64,000 nucleotides of DNA from an uncultured Planctomycetaceae bacterium (lineage in GTDB: Bacteria; Planctomycetota; Planctomycetia; Isosphaerales; Isosphaeraceae): positions 2,624,001-2,688,000 of the forward strand of contig CAWIAD010000002.1 of assembly GCA_963833985.1 (NCBI GenBank). The letters run 5' to 3'. Position numbers and translations under genes: made by a program. Below, one piece after another: positions 29,584 to 40,029 of this stretch. The notes below the pieces were generated by a model. The model was not told where the DNA came from, did no database searches, and worked only from the letters and a program-made list of their open reading frames with translations. The first letter of the stretch is position 1. Each line of letters opens with the position of its first letter.

Positions 29584-30501
29584 ATGCACGAACCATCAAG
29601 GGCATCGCGGTTCCCCGCAACCTGCTGCACACGAGGAACACGCGTGGCGTGGCGTGGTGCGATGGTCGCCTCGCTCATGGGCGCAGCCATCTTCCTGCTC
29701 TCTGCCACATCGCTCCACGCCGAGGGCGGCATCTTCGTGACAGGCCACGATCCGGACTTCCACGCCTATCAAGGCTCCAATACGGCTGGCGCCCAGCACA
29801 TCATCCAGCAGGCACTCAACTTCGTCACCGACGGGCATTCCGGTAAGGTCCTCCTTGTCACCAGCCTGATCAATCCGGGAGGGGGATACAGCGACCCGCG
29901 CCTGGGGCTCCAGGCTGCCGGACTGTCGTTCGATGTGGCCGATGATGGGTCGGCAGGCGGAAGCGTACTGAACCTGCACACGGTGAACCTCTCCGCGTAC
30001 AGCGCGATCGTGGTCGCCTCGGACTTCGGCGGCTGGCTCCGGCAATCCGAGCTCAACATTCTCCTGTCGCGTGAGTCCGACCTTCTGAACTACGTCAACG
30101 CGGGCGGCGGCCTGATCGCCTTCGCCGAGTCCGGTCCACCACTACCGGGCCTGCTCACAAGCAACGCGTTCGGGTACCTGCCCTTCCTTGTCTCGAGCGC
30201 TGCGAAGAATCAAACCGAGGTGGGCAACACGCTCACACCATTCGGCTCGTCCCTCGGTCTTTCTGTTTCCGACATCAATGGGAATGCGTCGCACAACATT
30301 TTCACCGCGACCGGCGGTATGAACATCGTTGACAAGGATTCGTCGGGCGACATCCTGTCGCTGGCGGCCTACGGGAATTTCTCGCCAGGTGGTGTGGTAC
30401 CCGAGCCCGGCACACTGACACTGGGGCTACTTGGAGCCCTTGGTGGCGCAGCCTTGTGCATGCGGCAGAGATCGATTCGGGGCCGTGCAAAACAGGTTTA
30501 G
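29584..30501 (+). CDS. PEP-CTERM sorting-domain surface protein
   Basis: Signal peptide. C-terminal 'VPEPGTLTLGLLGALGGAAL' followed by a basic tail. Confidence 0.88.
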   Translation: MHEPSRASRFPATCCTRGTRVAWRGAMVASLMGAAIFLLSATSLHAEGGIFVTGHDPDFHAYQGSNTAGAQHIIQQALNFVTDGHSGKVLLVTSLINPGGGYSDPRLGLQAAGLSFDVADDGSAGGSVLNLHTVNLSAYSAIVVASDFGGWLRQSELNILLSRESDLLNYVNAGGGLIAFAESGPPLPGLLTSNAFGYLPFLVSSAAKNQTEVGNTLTPFGSSLGLSVSDINGNASHNIFTATGGMNIVDKDSSGDILSLAAYGNFSPGGVVPEPGTLTLGLLGALGGAALCMRQRSIRGRAKQV

Positions 30502-30855
30502 ACAGGCTGTCGGGACAGAGCGCCGGGAGTCGATTCGCGTCCGAACACCTCTGATCGTCAGCGAGCACCCGTCTCCAACGGGCACACGATCGGGTGGTTG
30601 CTCGTGCGCAGGCAGGCCGAAGCGGAAGCTGACGTTCGGGGGGTTCTTCCAGCGGGACGGCACGTTTGGCGTCGCCGGTCATGCGGGACTGGTCGATCTC
30701 GATCAGGCGGGCCGGCGGCTTCACGCCGTGGCGGGCAAACCTGAGCCCGAGCCGGGCGAGCCACGCTGCCTCCCGTGCGACCTCCGCGGTGGCCGGCCTG
30801 TGGCAGAAGACGGCCAGAAGGCGTGTCGGCCACGATTCCCGTCCGAGCACTCCGC

Positions 30856-32364
30856 TCACAAGCTCTCGACCACGAGAACCCAGTCGTTGAAGTTGTCGCT
30901 GTGGGCCGCAGGGTAGGGGACCGAGCGGCTGGAGTTCTTTGGCTCAGAAGCCGAGATCACCGTATGTGTTCCGCTCGTCGGATCATACCAGCGAAGCCTG
31001 ACCTTCCGCCCGCCGGCGATGGCTGTGGTATCAACCGTGATCTCGCGACTGCCAGGGAAATAGACGAGCCCTGCGGATGTTGAATATCCCGATGCAGCCT
31101 TGTCATCACCGCTGCCGAGGCCGCTTTTCAGGAAGGTTCCGTCGTCCGGCGTCCAGGAACTGTCCCGGACATAGGTGTCAACAAGCGTCCAGGCGTATCT
31201 GGCACAACGTTGCGGCGGTTCGGTGATGATTTTCATCCAGTCCGGCCCGCCGTCGAAAAGTCCGGTGACGCCAAAGGGCCACCACTTTTCGTGGCCATAG
31301 TTGATCCCGGCGCCACCGCGGATGAATGTCGCATAGTTGCGTTCGCGCAGCTCCTGGTTCTGCTGCCCCTTGTAATGCGGCGCGTTGACGTACGGCGGCT
31401 CGATATCGACGACCGGATAGCTCTTGGTGCCGGCTCGGTCGTAGACCGTGTCAAACTGCTGGACAGAATTGCTGCCGTAATCATAAACCGTGTTGGCGCT
31501 TTGCCTGAACCATTGATAACCTCCGGATCCTTCCTGTGATATGAACTGATCGAACGAGGTCGAGCCATTGACCGGCTCGGCGATGATCAGCCTGTGTGTG
31601 GACCCCTCTGCATCTCTGATACCATGGAAAATGGCATCGAGTCCGCGCGCGGGAGCTTGATTGTACGACCACCGGAAGTCCCCCATCACATGCCAGACGA
31701 TGTTGGGGTAGCGGGCATAGCGGGACTCCAGTGTCCTTCCAAAGGCATAGGCATCCGTCGTCGCTGCGCGGGCCAGATCGGGAGTCGTGCCGGTATTGTC
31801 CATGCTCAGAAACAGGGAAAGAACCACGGTCATCTGGAGCCTGGTCGCCTCTGACATGATCCAGTCCATCGTCGACCAGGCCGGGCCGAATGAGGAAGCG
31901 TACGGTGCACCGGTGAAGAAACGTTGCCGGGCCCTGTTCTGGTACCTGTCGCCGAAGCTGTCGTTCATGTGGACCCCGAACGGCGAGACGGTCACGGCAT
32001 TGAAACCGAGTCCTCTCAAACCCTCGAGAGCACTGGTGATCTCGGCGTTCGTGCAGTTCTGTGCCATGGCCCAGGAGGACATGGTCTTGAGCAAATAGAC
32101 ATTGCCATTCTGGTCGAGGAAACGCCGTTTCTCGGTACTCACGCGGACGGGCCAGGCAAAGGTTGAAGTGGTTCCCGGGGACCCCTGTGCGGACGAACGA
32201 CCCGGGTCGGCGCCAACATTTCCCGAGTTTGCGCTTCCGTGCCAGGTTCTGTTCCCGGGCGCTGAGCTCAGCGTGCCAGTTGAAGCGAGGGACAGAAGCA
32301 GAGCCGACCCGAGAATCATCTCAGCCCGGAACGCGTAGCGACGACGCAGAGATCGAGTATTCAT
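30856..32364 (-). CDS. DUF4038/apiosidase-like glycoside hydrolase with C-terminal collagen-binding-like domain
   Basis: 'RRFLDQNG', 'RYARYPNIVWHVMGD', 'EPPY', 'GINYGHEKWW', 'RWYDPTSG', 'DWVLVVE'. Confidence 0.75.
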   Translation of the reverse strand: MNTRSLRRRYAFRAEMILGSALLLSLASTGTLSSAPGNRTWHGSANSGNVGADPGRSSAQGSPGTTSTFAWPVRVSTEKRRFLDQNGNVYLLKTMSSWAMAQNCTNAEITSALEGLRGLGFNAVTVSPFGVHMNDSFGDRYQNRARQRFFTGAPYASSFGPAWSTMDWIMSEATRLQMTVVLSLFLSMDNTGTTPDLARAATTDAYAFGRTLESRYARYPNIVWHVMGDFRWSYNQAPARGLDAIFHGIRDAEGSTHRLIIAEPVNGSTSFDQFISQEGSGGYQWFRQSANTVYDYGSNSVQQFDTVYDRAGTKSYPVVDIEPPYVNAPHYKGQQNQELRERNYATFIRGGAGINYGHEKWWPFGVTGLFDGGPDWMKIITEPPQRCARYAWTLVDTYVRDSSWTPDDGTFLKSGLGSGDDKAASGYSTSAGLVYFPGSREITVDTTAIAGGRKVRLRWYDPTSGTHTVISASEPKNSSRSVPYPAAHSDNFNDWVLVVESL

Positions 32365-32804
32365 GCAGCCCTCCTGCCGAGAGAGGAGGAGTCGTTGATT
32401 CGAAATCGTACATGGCGAATGCGCGATTCTCGATCATCGGTCGTCGCAAGGGAAGAGACTGGAGCCCATGGGGATGGATGCCTTCGTCCTCACCGGCCGC
32501 CGGCAAGGCAGGGGAAGCATCATCATGCCGTGCTCGGCCGGAGGAAGGCCTCGGGCGGCAGGCCCTGTGGAGGTGCCAGGGTTTCGGAATGTCAACACCA
32601 CGCGGCCCCGGGTCGAGCGATCGAGTTTGATCGCGCAGTAGACTTGATTTGCCCGGATCATGCACGCAGCCTGGACATGGCGCCGGCGACCGAGGATGGA
32701 GAATCTCATTTTTTGTCCTTTCAAATCGCACTTTGGCGCTCATACTGTTGCTAGCACCGTCAGTACGCTGATCGTTTCGGCGAACCGCACCTGGAGATGG
32801 CACC

Positions 32805-34058
32805 ATGCCCCGCCGACCTCGTCGAACGCTTCGCGCTGGTTGCGAGCCGCTGGAGGATCGAAGCCTGCTGTCGATGCTGACTCCGGCGCAGGTGCGGGAG
32901 GCGTACGGGATGAACTCCGTGGCCTTCAATATCAACGGGCAGTCGCACGCGGGTACCGGCCAGGGGCAGACCATCGCCATCATCGGCGCGTACCATAACC
33001 CGAACGTCACGGCCGAATTGCGGGCGTTCGACGCAACCTACGGGCTGTTCAACCCTCCGGTCTTGCAGCTTGACCTGGCCGGGTCGACGACGAACCTCGG
33101 CTGGGCCCAGGAAGAAGCCCTGGACGTGGAATGGAGCCACGTGATGGCCCCCGGTGCGTCGATCATCGTGGTCGAGGCCGCATCGGATAGCACCGCCGAC
33201 CTGATGACCGCGGTCAATTTCGCGCGCACGCTGCCAGGCGTTTCGGTGGTCTCGATGAGCTGGGGCGGGGGGGAGTTCCGCGGTCAGGCCGCTTACGACC
33301 CGATCTTCACGACGCCGGCCGGGCACAACGGCGTGACTTTCGTGACGGCCAGCGGTGACAACGGTGCTGCCGGAGGGGCAGGCTGGCCCGCATCCTCGCC
33401 CAACGTCGTGGGCGTCGGCGGCACCTCGCTGTGGGTTGACGCCGCGGGGAACATGCTGCTGGAAACGGCCTGGTCCGGCAGCGGAGGGGGTTACAGCGTG
33501 CTCGAGTCGGAACCAAGCTATCAGCGGGCCGTCCAGCGCAGCGCGCGGCGCTCCACTCCCGACGTCGCGATGCTGGCCGACCCCGGTACCGGCGTTCCGG
33601 TCCTGCTGGTCGACCCCAACTCGTCCCAGGCGTCATGGTCGGTCTACGGCGGTACCAGTCTTTCCGCCCAGCTCTTCGCCGGCATCGTCGCCGTGGCCGA
33701 CCAGGGGCGGACGCTCGAGGGGGTAGCGACCCTGGACGGTCCCTCGCAGACCTTACCGCTGCTCTACTCGGTCTCCGCGGCGGACTTTCACGACGTGACC
33801 GCCGGCTCCAGCGGCCACCGGGCCACCGCGGGCTACGACCAGGCGACCGGGCTGGGCTCGCCCCGCGCCGCGAGCCTGATCAGCGACCTGAGCAACCCGA
33901 ACATCCGCATCACCATTCAGGCTCCGGTTTCGCGGGCCCGGTCGCGGGTCATCCGGTCGCGGGTCATCCGGCCGCGGATCGAGGCGCCGGCCTTGCTTTC
34001 GCTGAGCAGGGCGTCGCAGATGATCAGCCGGCGGCACGCTCCGTCGCAACGAGCTTGA
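32805..34058 (+). CDS. S53 (sedolisin-like) serine peptidase, planctomycete extracellular
   Basis: 'EPLEDRSLLS', 'EEALDVE', 'ASGDNG', 'GGTSLSA', 'GYDQATGLGSP'. Confidence 0.9.
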   Translation: MPRRPRRTLRAGCEPLEDRSLLSMLTPAQVREAYGMNSVAFNINGQSHAGTGQGQTIAIIGAYHNPNVTAELRAFDATYGLFNPPVLQLDLAGSTTNLGWAQEEALDVEWSHVMAPGASIIVVEAASDSTADLMTAVNFARTLPGVSVVSMSWGGGEFRGQAAYDPIFTTPAGHNGVTFVTASGDNGAAGGAGWPASSPNVVGVGGTSLWVDAAGNMLLETAWSGSGGGYSVLESEPSYQRAVQRSARRSTPDVAMLADPGTGVPVLLVDPNSSQASWSVYGGTSLSAQLFAGIVAVADQGRTLEGVATLDGPSQTLPLLYSVSAADFHDVTAGSSGHRATAGYDQATGLGSPRAASLISDLSNPNIRITIQAPVSRARSRVIRSRVIRPRIEAPALLSLSRASQMISRRHAPSQRA

Positions 34059-34108
34059 GGATGGGTCGAGCGAACTGCTTCGGTCGATCGGTGCTGTGCC
34101 GGCTCAGC

Positions 34109-34711
34109 TCAGTCGGCCTCGTCGAGCGGCACGTTCCAGTAAGCGTCGGAGAGGAACCGGGACCACGAGGCGATGCGCACCGACGAAGCGTCGTAGAGCG
34201 GCTTCCAGGCGGGCCGGATGGGAGACTTGCGCAGTTTCATGCTGGCCTGGTCGGGAGTGCGGTTCGCCTTGCGGGCATTGCAGGCGACACAGGCCAGTGC
34301 GCAGTTCTCCCAGGTGGTCTGCCCTCCCTGCGAGCGCGGAATCACGTGGTCGATGGTCAGCTCCGACGTGCCGGGTCGGCCTCCGCAGTACTGGCACGTG
34401 GAATGGTCTCGCTTGAAGAGATTGCGCCGGCTGAAGGTCACGGCGTTGTACCGCGGACGATCGTGATGTGTCAGCGTGAGGACTTCGGGGACGCGCAGCC
34501 GGAACCGCACGGTGCGGATGAAGAGCTCGCCGTCCTGCGGGGTTAGCTTCGCCCAGTCCGCCCACGAATAGAGCTGGAAGTTGTCCGGATCCACGACATG
34601 AGCGGCGTGGTTCCAGAGCAGGACGAGCGACCGCGCCACGGTGGCCACATGAACTGGCTGCCAGTGGCGGTTCAGCACCAGTGTCGGTCGTTGCAGAACG
34701 CTCACAGCCAT
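34109..34711 (-). CDS. HNH endonuclease family protein
   Basis: 'TLVLN', 'FSRRNLFKRDHSTCQYCG', 'TIDHVIPRSQGG.TTWEN..LAC..CN.RK'. Confidence 0.92.
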   Translation of the reverse strand: MAVSVLQRPTLVLNRHWQPVHVATVARSLVLLWNHAAHVVDPDNFQLYSWADWAKLTPQDGELFIRTVRFRLRVPEVLTLTHHDRPRYNAVTFSRRNLFKRDHSTCQYCGGRPGTSELTIDHVIPRSQGGQTTWENCALACVACNARKANRTPDQASMKLRKSPIRPAWKPLYDASSVRIASWSRFLSDAYWNVPLDEAD

Positions 34712-34928
34712 GATGTACGAACTCCCCGCCCCATCCGCTGTCTCCCTGGCTCGAGATCTCGGCTGGACAATCGGCAAAGACTCCGCTTGAGTCATCATAA
34801 CCAGGAGACACGGCACACCTGCAACCGGGTTCTCGGAAAAGCGGCAGGAACCGGCGGAACCTGGTAGACTGGGCGCACGCCCGGATGGCGCCCGGAGATG
34901 CTCTGCCCACAGGCAGGAACTCACGTTC

Positions 34929-36199
34929 ATGAGAGCCGAAATCATCGCCATCGGCAGCGAGCTGCTGAGCGGCCAGGGGCTGGATACCAATAGCCAGTGG
35001 CTGAGCCGGGAACTGGCGGCCCTGGGCATTCCGGTGGGGTTCCACACGACGATCGGCGACCAGCTCGGCGACCATCTCGCGGCGTTTCGGATCGCCGCGG
35101 GCCGGGCCGCCCTGGTGATCGTCACAGGCGGACTCGGTCCGACGCAGGACGACCTGACGCGTGAGGCGCTAGCCGTGACGGCCGGTGTGGCCCTGCGCGA
35201 GGACCCCGCGTCGCTGGAGGCAATCCGCGCCATGTTCGCCCGCCGCAACCGGCCAATGGCCGAGCGGAACAAGGTCCAGGCGCTCGTTCCCGAAGGCGCG
35301 GGCCCATTGCCAAACCGCGTCGGCACCGCACCGGGAATCTGGATGGGGCTGGGCACGGCCACGTTCGCCTGCCTGCCCGGCGTCCCTTCCGAGATGCGCA
35401 TCATGTTCCACGAGCAGGTCCTGCCCAGGCTCCGGCAGCTCGGCTGGGGCGGCCGGGTGATCCTCGAGCGCAAGATCAACCTCTTCGGGCGGGGCGAGTC
35501 CGACATCGAGGCCAGCGCCCTTGACCTGACGGCCCGCGGCCGTGTGCCCGAGGTGGGAATCACCGCGCACGACGCCACCATCAGCCTGCGGATCCGCGGC
35601 GAGGGTGCCACCCCGGACGAGGCGCTCCAGCAGACCGAGGCCACCGCCGCGATGATTCATGAGCGGTTCGGCGACCTGGTCCTGGGCGAGGGCACCACGG
35701 ACGTCTCCGACGCCGTCGTCCTGGACTTATTGCGCACCGGAGCGACCCTGGCCACGGCCGAATCGTGCACCGGCGGGCTGGTCGCCCAGCTCATCACGGC
35801 CATCGCCGGGGTGAGCCCGTTCTTCCTGGGTGGCGTGGTTAGCTACTCGAACGCGGCGAAGACCGCGCTGCTGGGCGTGCCGGCCGGGCTGATCCAGGCC
35901 CACGGCGCGGTCAGCCCCGAGGTCGCCGCGGCCATGGCGCGGGCGCCCGCGACCGCCTGGGCGCCGACCTCGCCATCAGCACCACCGGCGTGGCGGGGCC
36001 CACCGGCGGCACGGCCGAGAAGCCTGTGGGATTGGTTTACCTTGGCCTGGCCACGCCGTCCGGCGTTGAGACCCGGCGGTTGGACATTGGCCCGGAACAG
36101 CCCCGTGATATCATCCAGCGGCGCTCCGCCAAGCTCGCGCTGAACTGGGTGCGGCTCACGCTCCGCGGATGGCCGGACCGCCAACCCGCCACCCCCTGA
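34929..36199 (+). CDS. cinA: CinA / NMN deamidase (frameshift near 35940)
   Basis: '[18 protein letters not shown]', '[12 protein letters not shown]', 'LPGVPSEM', 'AESCTGG', '[15 protein letters not shown]'. Confidence 0.92.
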
Positions 36200-36299
36200 T
36201 CGAAGGCGTGCCGAGCCCGCCACGCAAAAAAGCGGGAACAAAGCTCCGGGTTGCCCGCAGTATCATGGCAGGAACACACTGTCACCAGGGAGCCCAGCA

Positions 36300-39200
36300 A
36301 TGCCGGTCGAGCCAGTGGTCCTGTTTCGTTCCATCGACCAGCTACTGCATCAAGGGACCGTCGCGGGTCTGGATGAGCGCGCACTGCTGGAGCGGTTCGC
36401 CACTCATCGTGACGGCCGTGCACTCGGCGCGCTGATCGCCGCGCACGGGCCGATGGTGCTGGGCGTGTGCCAGCGCGTCCTGCGCGAACCGCAAGATGTC
36501 GAGGATGCCTTCCAGACCACGTTTCTGGTCCTGGTTCGCAGAGCCGGCTCCATCCGCGACCCCGGCCGGCTGGGTGCCTGGCTCTACGGAGTGGCCCGCC
36601 GCACGGCCTTGCGGCTGCGGAGACGCCTGCAAACGCGCGGAGCCCGGGCCCTGGACCGGAGCGCTCTGCTCGCCGACCCCGCACCCGGACCCTCGCAGCG
36701 CGCCGAGGACGCCGAGATCGTGGGCCTGATCGACGGCGAGCTGGCCCGGCTGCCCAGGCGCTACAGGGACGTCCTGATCCTCTGTGACCTGGAAGGCCGG
36801 ACCTACACCGAAGCCGCGAAGCAACTGCGCTGCCCGCTGGGCACGGTGCAGAGCCGCCTGGCGCGGGGCCGAGCGCAACTCCGCGGGCGGCTGGAACGCA
36901 GGCGGCTCGATCCGGTGGCGTCGGCCTTCCCTTTAGCGCAGGTGCTGCCCGTGAGTCTGCCTCGATCGCTGGCCGACGCAACGCTCCGCGCCTGCGAGGC
37001 AGCGTGGCCGTCTGGCCCTGCCATGGGACCGGGCGCTGGACTGGTGGAATGGTCCGTGGGACTGGGCCAATCGACACTCCGCGGGATCGCGGCCCTGTCG
37101 CTCATCACCGTACTTGTGGCGACCTCGTTCGCCGCCTTTGGCTTCGCTCACCGCCGGAACCAGGCTGCCCGGCCGGATCCAGCCGCACCACCCCTCGCCC
37201 AGGAACGCGTGGCGGACCAGAAGCCCGAACACGAACGCAAACTTCAGCTCGAGGTCCGCTCGGCCGCCGAGAACCGCCCGTTACCCGGCGCATCGGTCTG
37301 GGTCCAGGTGCGGGGTGGCAAGTCATCGGTTCCCATCATCGCCCGGACAGACGAGGCAGGGCGGTACTCGATCGAGCTGGCGGGCGAGAACATCGCGGCC
37401 GTCGACGTCGTGGCCGCGGCGGAGGGCCATGTACCCAGGTTCATCCGCTGGCAAGGTGCAAGCCTTCCGGAAGACCCGGTGATCGGGCTGGAACGCGGCC
37501 TGCACATGGGTGGCAAGGTCGTCGACGAGCAAGGCCGGCCGATCGCCGGGGCGCGAGTCCTTCACTGGTCGGTCGTCGCGGAGGGCGAGGAGGTTGCCGG
37601 TGCGCTCACCGACGCACAGGGGCGCTGGCGGTCCGAGTCGTTGCCGTCCACGGCGGTCCGCAATGGAAAAGACAGCGCGATGGGCCTTCGCGTCAGCCAT
37701 ACCGATCATGTGACGGCGATGGCGGAGGTGAGTGTCGCCGCGGCGCGAGCGGGGACCTGCGTCGTCACGCTGAAACAGGGCGGACAGGTTGGGGGCCGCG
37801 TTGTCGGACCCGACGGCGGAGCGGTCGCGGGGGCCCTGGTCGTGCTCGACCAGACCGTGGGCACGCGCTGTTTCAACCGGACCACGACCGATGCCGCCGG
37901 GCGGTTCCAGTTCGGCCACTGGGCCGCGCCCGAGAGCCGCTCGGTAAGCATCAGCGTGCAGGCGCCCGGCCTGGCCGCGGCCGTCAAGTCGTTGCTTGTC
38001 ACGCCGTCCATCCCCCCGCAAACCATCCAGCTCACGAGGTTGAGCCCGCTCGCAGGCCGGGTGCTCGATTCTCAGGGCAGGCCGGTGGCCGGGGCATGGG
38101 TGGGAGCGTCGGAGATCCTTCCGGCTGGCTGGCTGGACTGGAATGCCGTCACCGATACCGAAGGCCGGTTCGAGTGGCCCCAGGCGCCCACGTCCGACGA
38201 GATCGCGCTCGACCTCCGCAAGCCGGGCTTCGAGGAAGCGATCGGCCGCCGTCTCGAGGCCGGCAGCCGGAAGATCACCATCACCATGCATCGTCCTTTG
38301 CACCTGCACGGCAGGGTGACCGACGCGGAGACCGGTCAGCCGATCGATCGCTTCACGCTCATTCGCGGCTGGGGCCCGCACCGGCCGGGAGCCGGCGTGG
38401 AATGGCTGCGCCAGGGGAGCAACCTCCCGAACATGGCGGGCGGCCGGTTCGATCTTCAGGGCGGCCTGTTCCCGGACCAGGGCCAGCCGCGCTCGATTCG
38501 CATCGAGGCCGAAGGTTACTTGCCCGCCGAGCTGATCGGCTTTCGCGACGATGCCGAGGACATTGCCCACGACTTCAAGCTGCGCAAGGCAACGCCGATC
38601 ACGGGGGTCGTGCGCGGACCCGATGGCCGGCCCGTGGCGGGCGCCGAGGTTTCCCTGAGCAACTCCGACAACCATGTGCGGCTCGAGAATGGCCGGCTGG
38701 TCACGAACCTCACCGTCGGCACGGCCACCCACACACGAACAGGCGCGGATGGCCGCTTCACGTTCCGGCCCCAGGAAGGTCCGGCTGCGGTCGTCGCGGT
38801 GCACGACCAGGGCTTTGGCGTCCTGAAATCGGCACGCCACGGCGGTTCTGCCGACGTGGAGCTGAAGCCGTGGGGACGGATCGAGGGGGTACTGAGGATC
38901 GGTAAGAACCCGGCGGCGCGGCGGAAGGTGAGTGCCTGGCTGAACAACTCACCGTTCTACGGCCGGGACGACTACGAGACCCAGACGGACGCTCAGGGCC
39001 GCTTCGTGCTCGAGCGCGTGACGCCCGGCGCGCTCACTGTTTATCGCTACGTTGATACCCCGGACCACCGCGGCTGGGTTCCCTCGAACCCGGAGTTCGT
39101 GGAAGTGAAGCCGGGCCAGACCGTCGCCATCGAGGTCGGTGGTCGCGGCCGACCCGTGATCGGCCGGATCCAGGCCCCCGCGGGCTTCGCGCTGGCGAAC

Positions 39201-40013
39201 CTGGTCCCGGGCTTCGCCGAGCTCAGCGCCATCCATCCCGAGCCGCGTCAACCCGACGATTTCCCCGGGTTCAACCGGGATCAGCGGAACGCCTGGTACG
39301 AAAGCTACTACAAAACCGCCGAGGGCCGCAACGCTTACCAGCAGGACCGCAAGTACGCCGTCGAGCTCGACGAGGCCGGCGCCTTCCACATCGACGACGT
39401 CCCCGCCGGGCAATACGCCTTGAGGCTCCCTTTCCGCGCGCGCACCGGCAACGACGCGTTCGAGCTGCGGGCACTCGCCTGGCGCGCGCTCACGGTACCC
39501 TCCATGCCGGGCGGCCGCAGCGACGAACCGCTCGACCTGGGCACGATCCGGCTCGACGTGTACCGGCTGAACCAGCTCAAGACCGGCGACCTCGTGCCCG
39601 CCTCCTCCCGCAACGCCGCGGACGGACGGCCCTTCGATCTGGCTTCCTACCGCGGCAGGTTTGTGCTGCTGCATTTCTGGGCGACGTACCGTGAGGAGTC
39701 GATCGCCGATCTTGCCTTCCTGGAAGAGGTGGATAGGGACTTCGGCTCCGATCCGCGTTTCGCCATGGTCAGCCTGAGCATGGACCTCCAGCCGGACGCA
39801 CCACGGCGCTATGCGGCCCATCGCGGCCTGCGCTGGGAGCAGCGGTTCCTGGGGATCAAGGGCGAGATCTGCGATCCGATCGCCGCGTCGCTGGGGGTCG
39901 AGTTCCCACCCCAGATGGTGCTCATCGGGCCCGATGGCCGGCTCATCGCCACGGACCTGAAAGGCCCGGAGACTCACCAGGCCGTCGCCCGCGCGCTGCG
40001 AGCCAGACCCTGA
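36300..40013 (+). CDS. Membrane-anchored ECF sigma factor with carboxypeptidase-regulatory-like repeats and C-terminal thioredoxin-fold domain
   Basis: Region 2 'EDAFQTTFLVL..WLYGVARR' and region 4 'LCDLEG..AA..L..PLGTVQSRL'. TM helix, repeated 'GRVVD..GRPVAGA..TD..GRF', then 'GRFVLLHFWAT...LIGPDGR'. Confidence 0.9.
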   Translation: MPVEPVVLFRSIDQLLHQGTVAGLDERALLERFATHRDGRALGALIAAHGPMVLGVCQRVLREPQDVEDAFQTTFLVLVRRAGSIRDPGRLGAWLYGVARRTALRLRRRLQTRGARALDRSALLADPAPGPSQRAEDAEIVGLIDGELARLPRRYRDVLILCDLEGRTYTEAAKQLRCPLGTVQSRLARGRAQLRGRLERRRLDPVASAFPLAQVLPVSLPRSLADATLRACEAAWPSGPAMGPGAGLVEWSVGLGQSTLRGIAALSLITVLVATSFAAFGFAHRRNQAARPDPAAPPLAQERVADQKPEHERKLQLEVRSAAENRPLPGASVWVQVRGGKSSVPIIARTDEAGRYSIELAGENIAAVDVVAAAEGHVPRFIRWQGASLPEDPVIGLERGLHMGGKVVDEQGRPIAGARVLHWSVVAEGEEVAGALTDAQGRWRSESLPSTAVRNGKDSAMGLRVSHTDHVTAMAEVSVAAARAGTCVVTLKQGGQVGGRVVGPDGGAVAGALVVLDQTVGTRCFNRTTTDAAGRFQFGHWAAPESRSVSISVQAPGLAAAVKSLLVTPSIPPQTIQLTRLSPLAGRVLDSQGRPVAGAWVGASEILPAGWLDWNAVTDTEGRFEWPQAPTSDEIALDLRKPGFEEAIGRRLEAGSRKITITMHRPLHLHGRVTDAETGQPIDRFTLIRGWGPHRPGAGVEWLRQGSNLPNMAGGRFDLQGGLFPDQGQPRSIRIEAEGYLPAELIGFRDDAEDIAHDFKLRKATPITGVVRGPDGRPVAGAEVSLSNSDNHVRLENGRLVTNLTVGTATHTRTGADGRFTFRPQEGPAAVVAVHDQGFGVLKSARHGGSADVELKPWGRIEGVLRIGKNPAARRKVSAWLNNSPFYGRDDYETQTDAQGRFVLERVTPGALTVYRYVDTPDHRGWVPSNPEFVEVKPGQTVAIEVGGRGRPVIGRIQAPAGFALANLVPGFAELSAIHPEPRQPDDFPGFNRDQRNAWYESYYKTAEGRNAYQQDRKYAVELDEAGAFHIDDVPAGQYALRLPFRARTGNDAFELRALAWRALTVPSMPGGRSDEPLDLGTIRLDVYRLNQLKTGDLVPASSRNAADGRPFDLASYRGRFVLLHFWATYREESIADLAFLEEVDRDFGSDPRFAMVSLSMDLQPDAPRRYAAHRGLRWEQRFLGIKGEICDPIAASLGVEFPPQMVLIGPDGRLIATDLKGPETHQAVARALRARP

Positions 40014-40029
40014 GCGCTGACGCGCTCTC

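Noticed and set aside
33940..33975. 15-bp tandem repeat encoding SRVIR in the S53 tail
   Set aside because: Two to three copies in a low-complexity tail, with no sign of wider significance.
34109..34711. HNH gene as a homing, IscB/Cas9-like or defence nuclease
   Set aside because: A short stand-alone HNH of a widespread type with host-like GC. No RuvC motifs, flanking repeats or partner.
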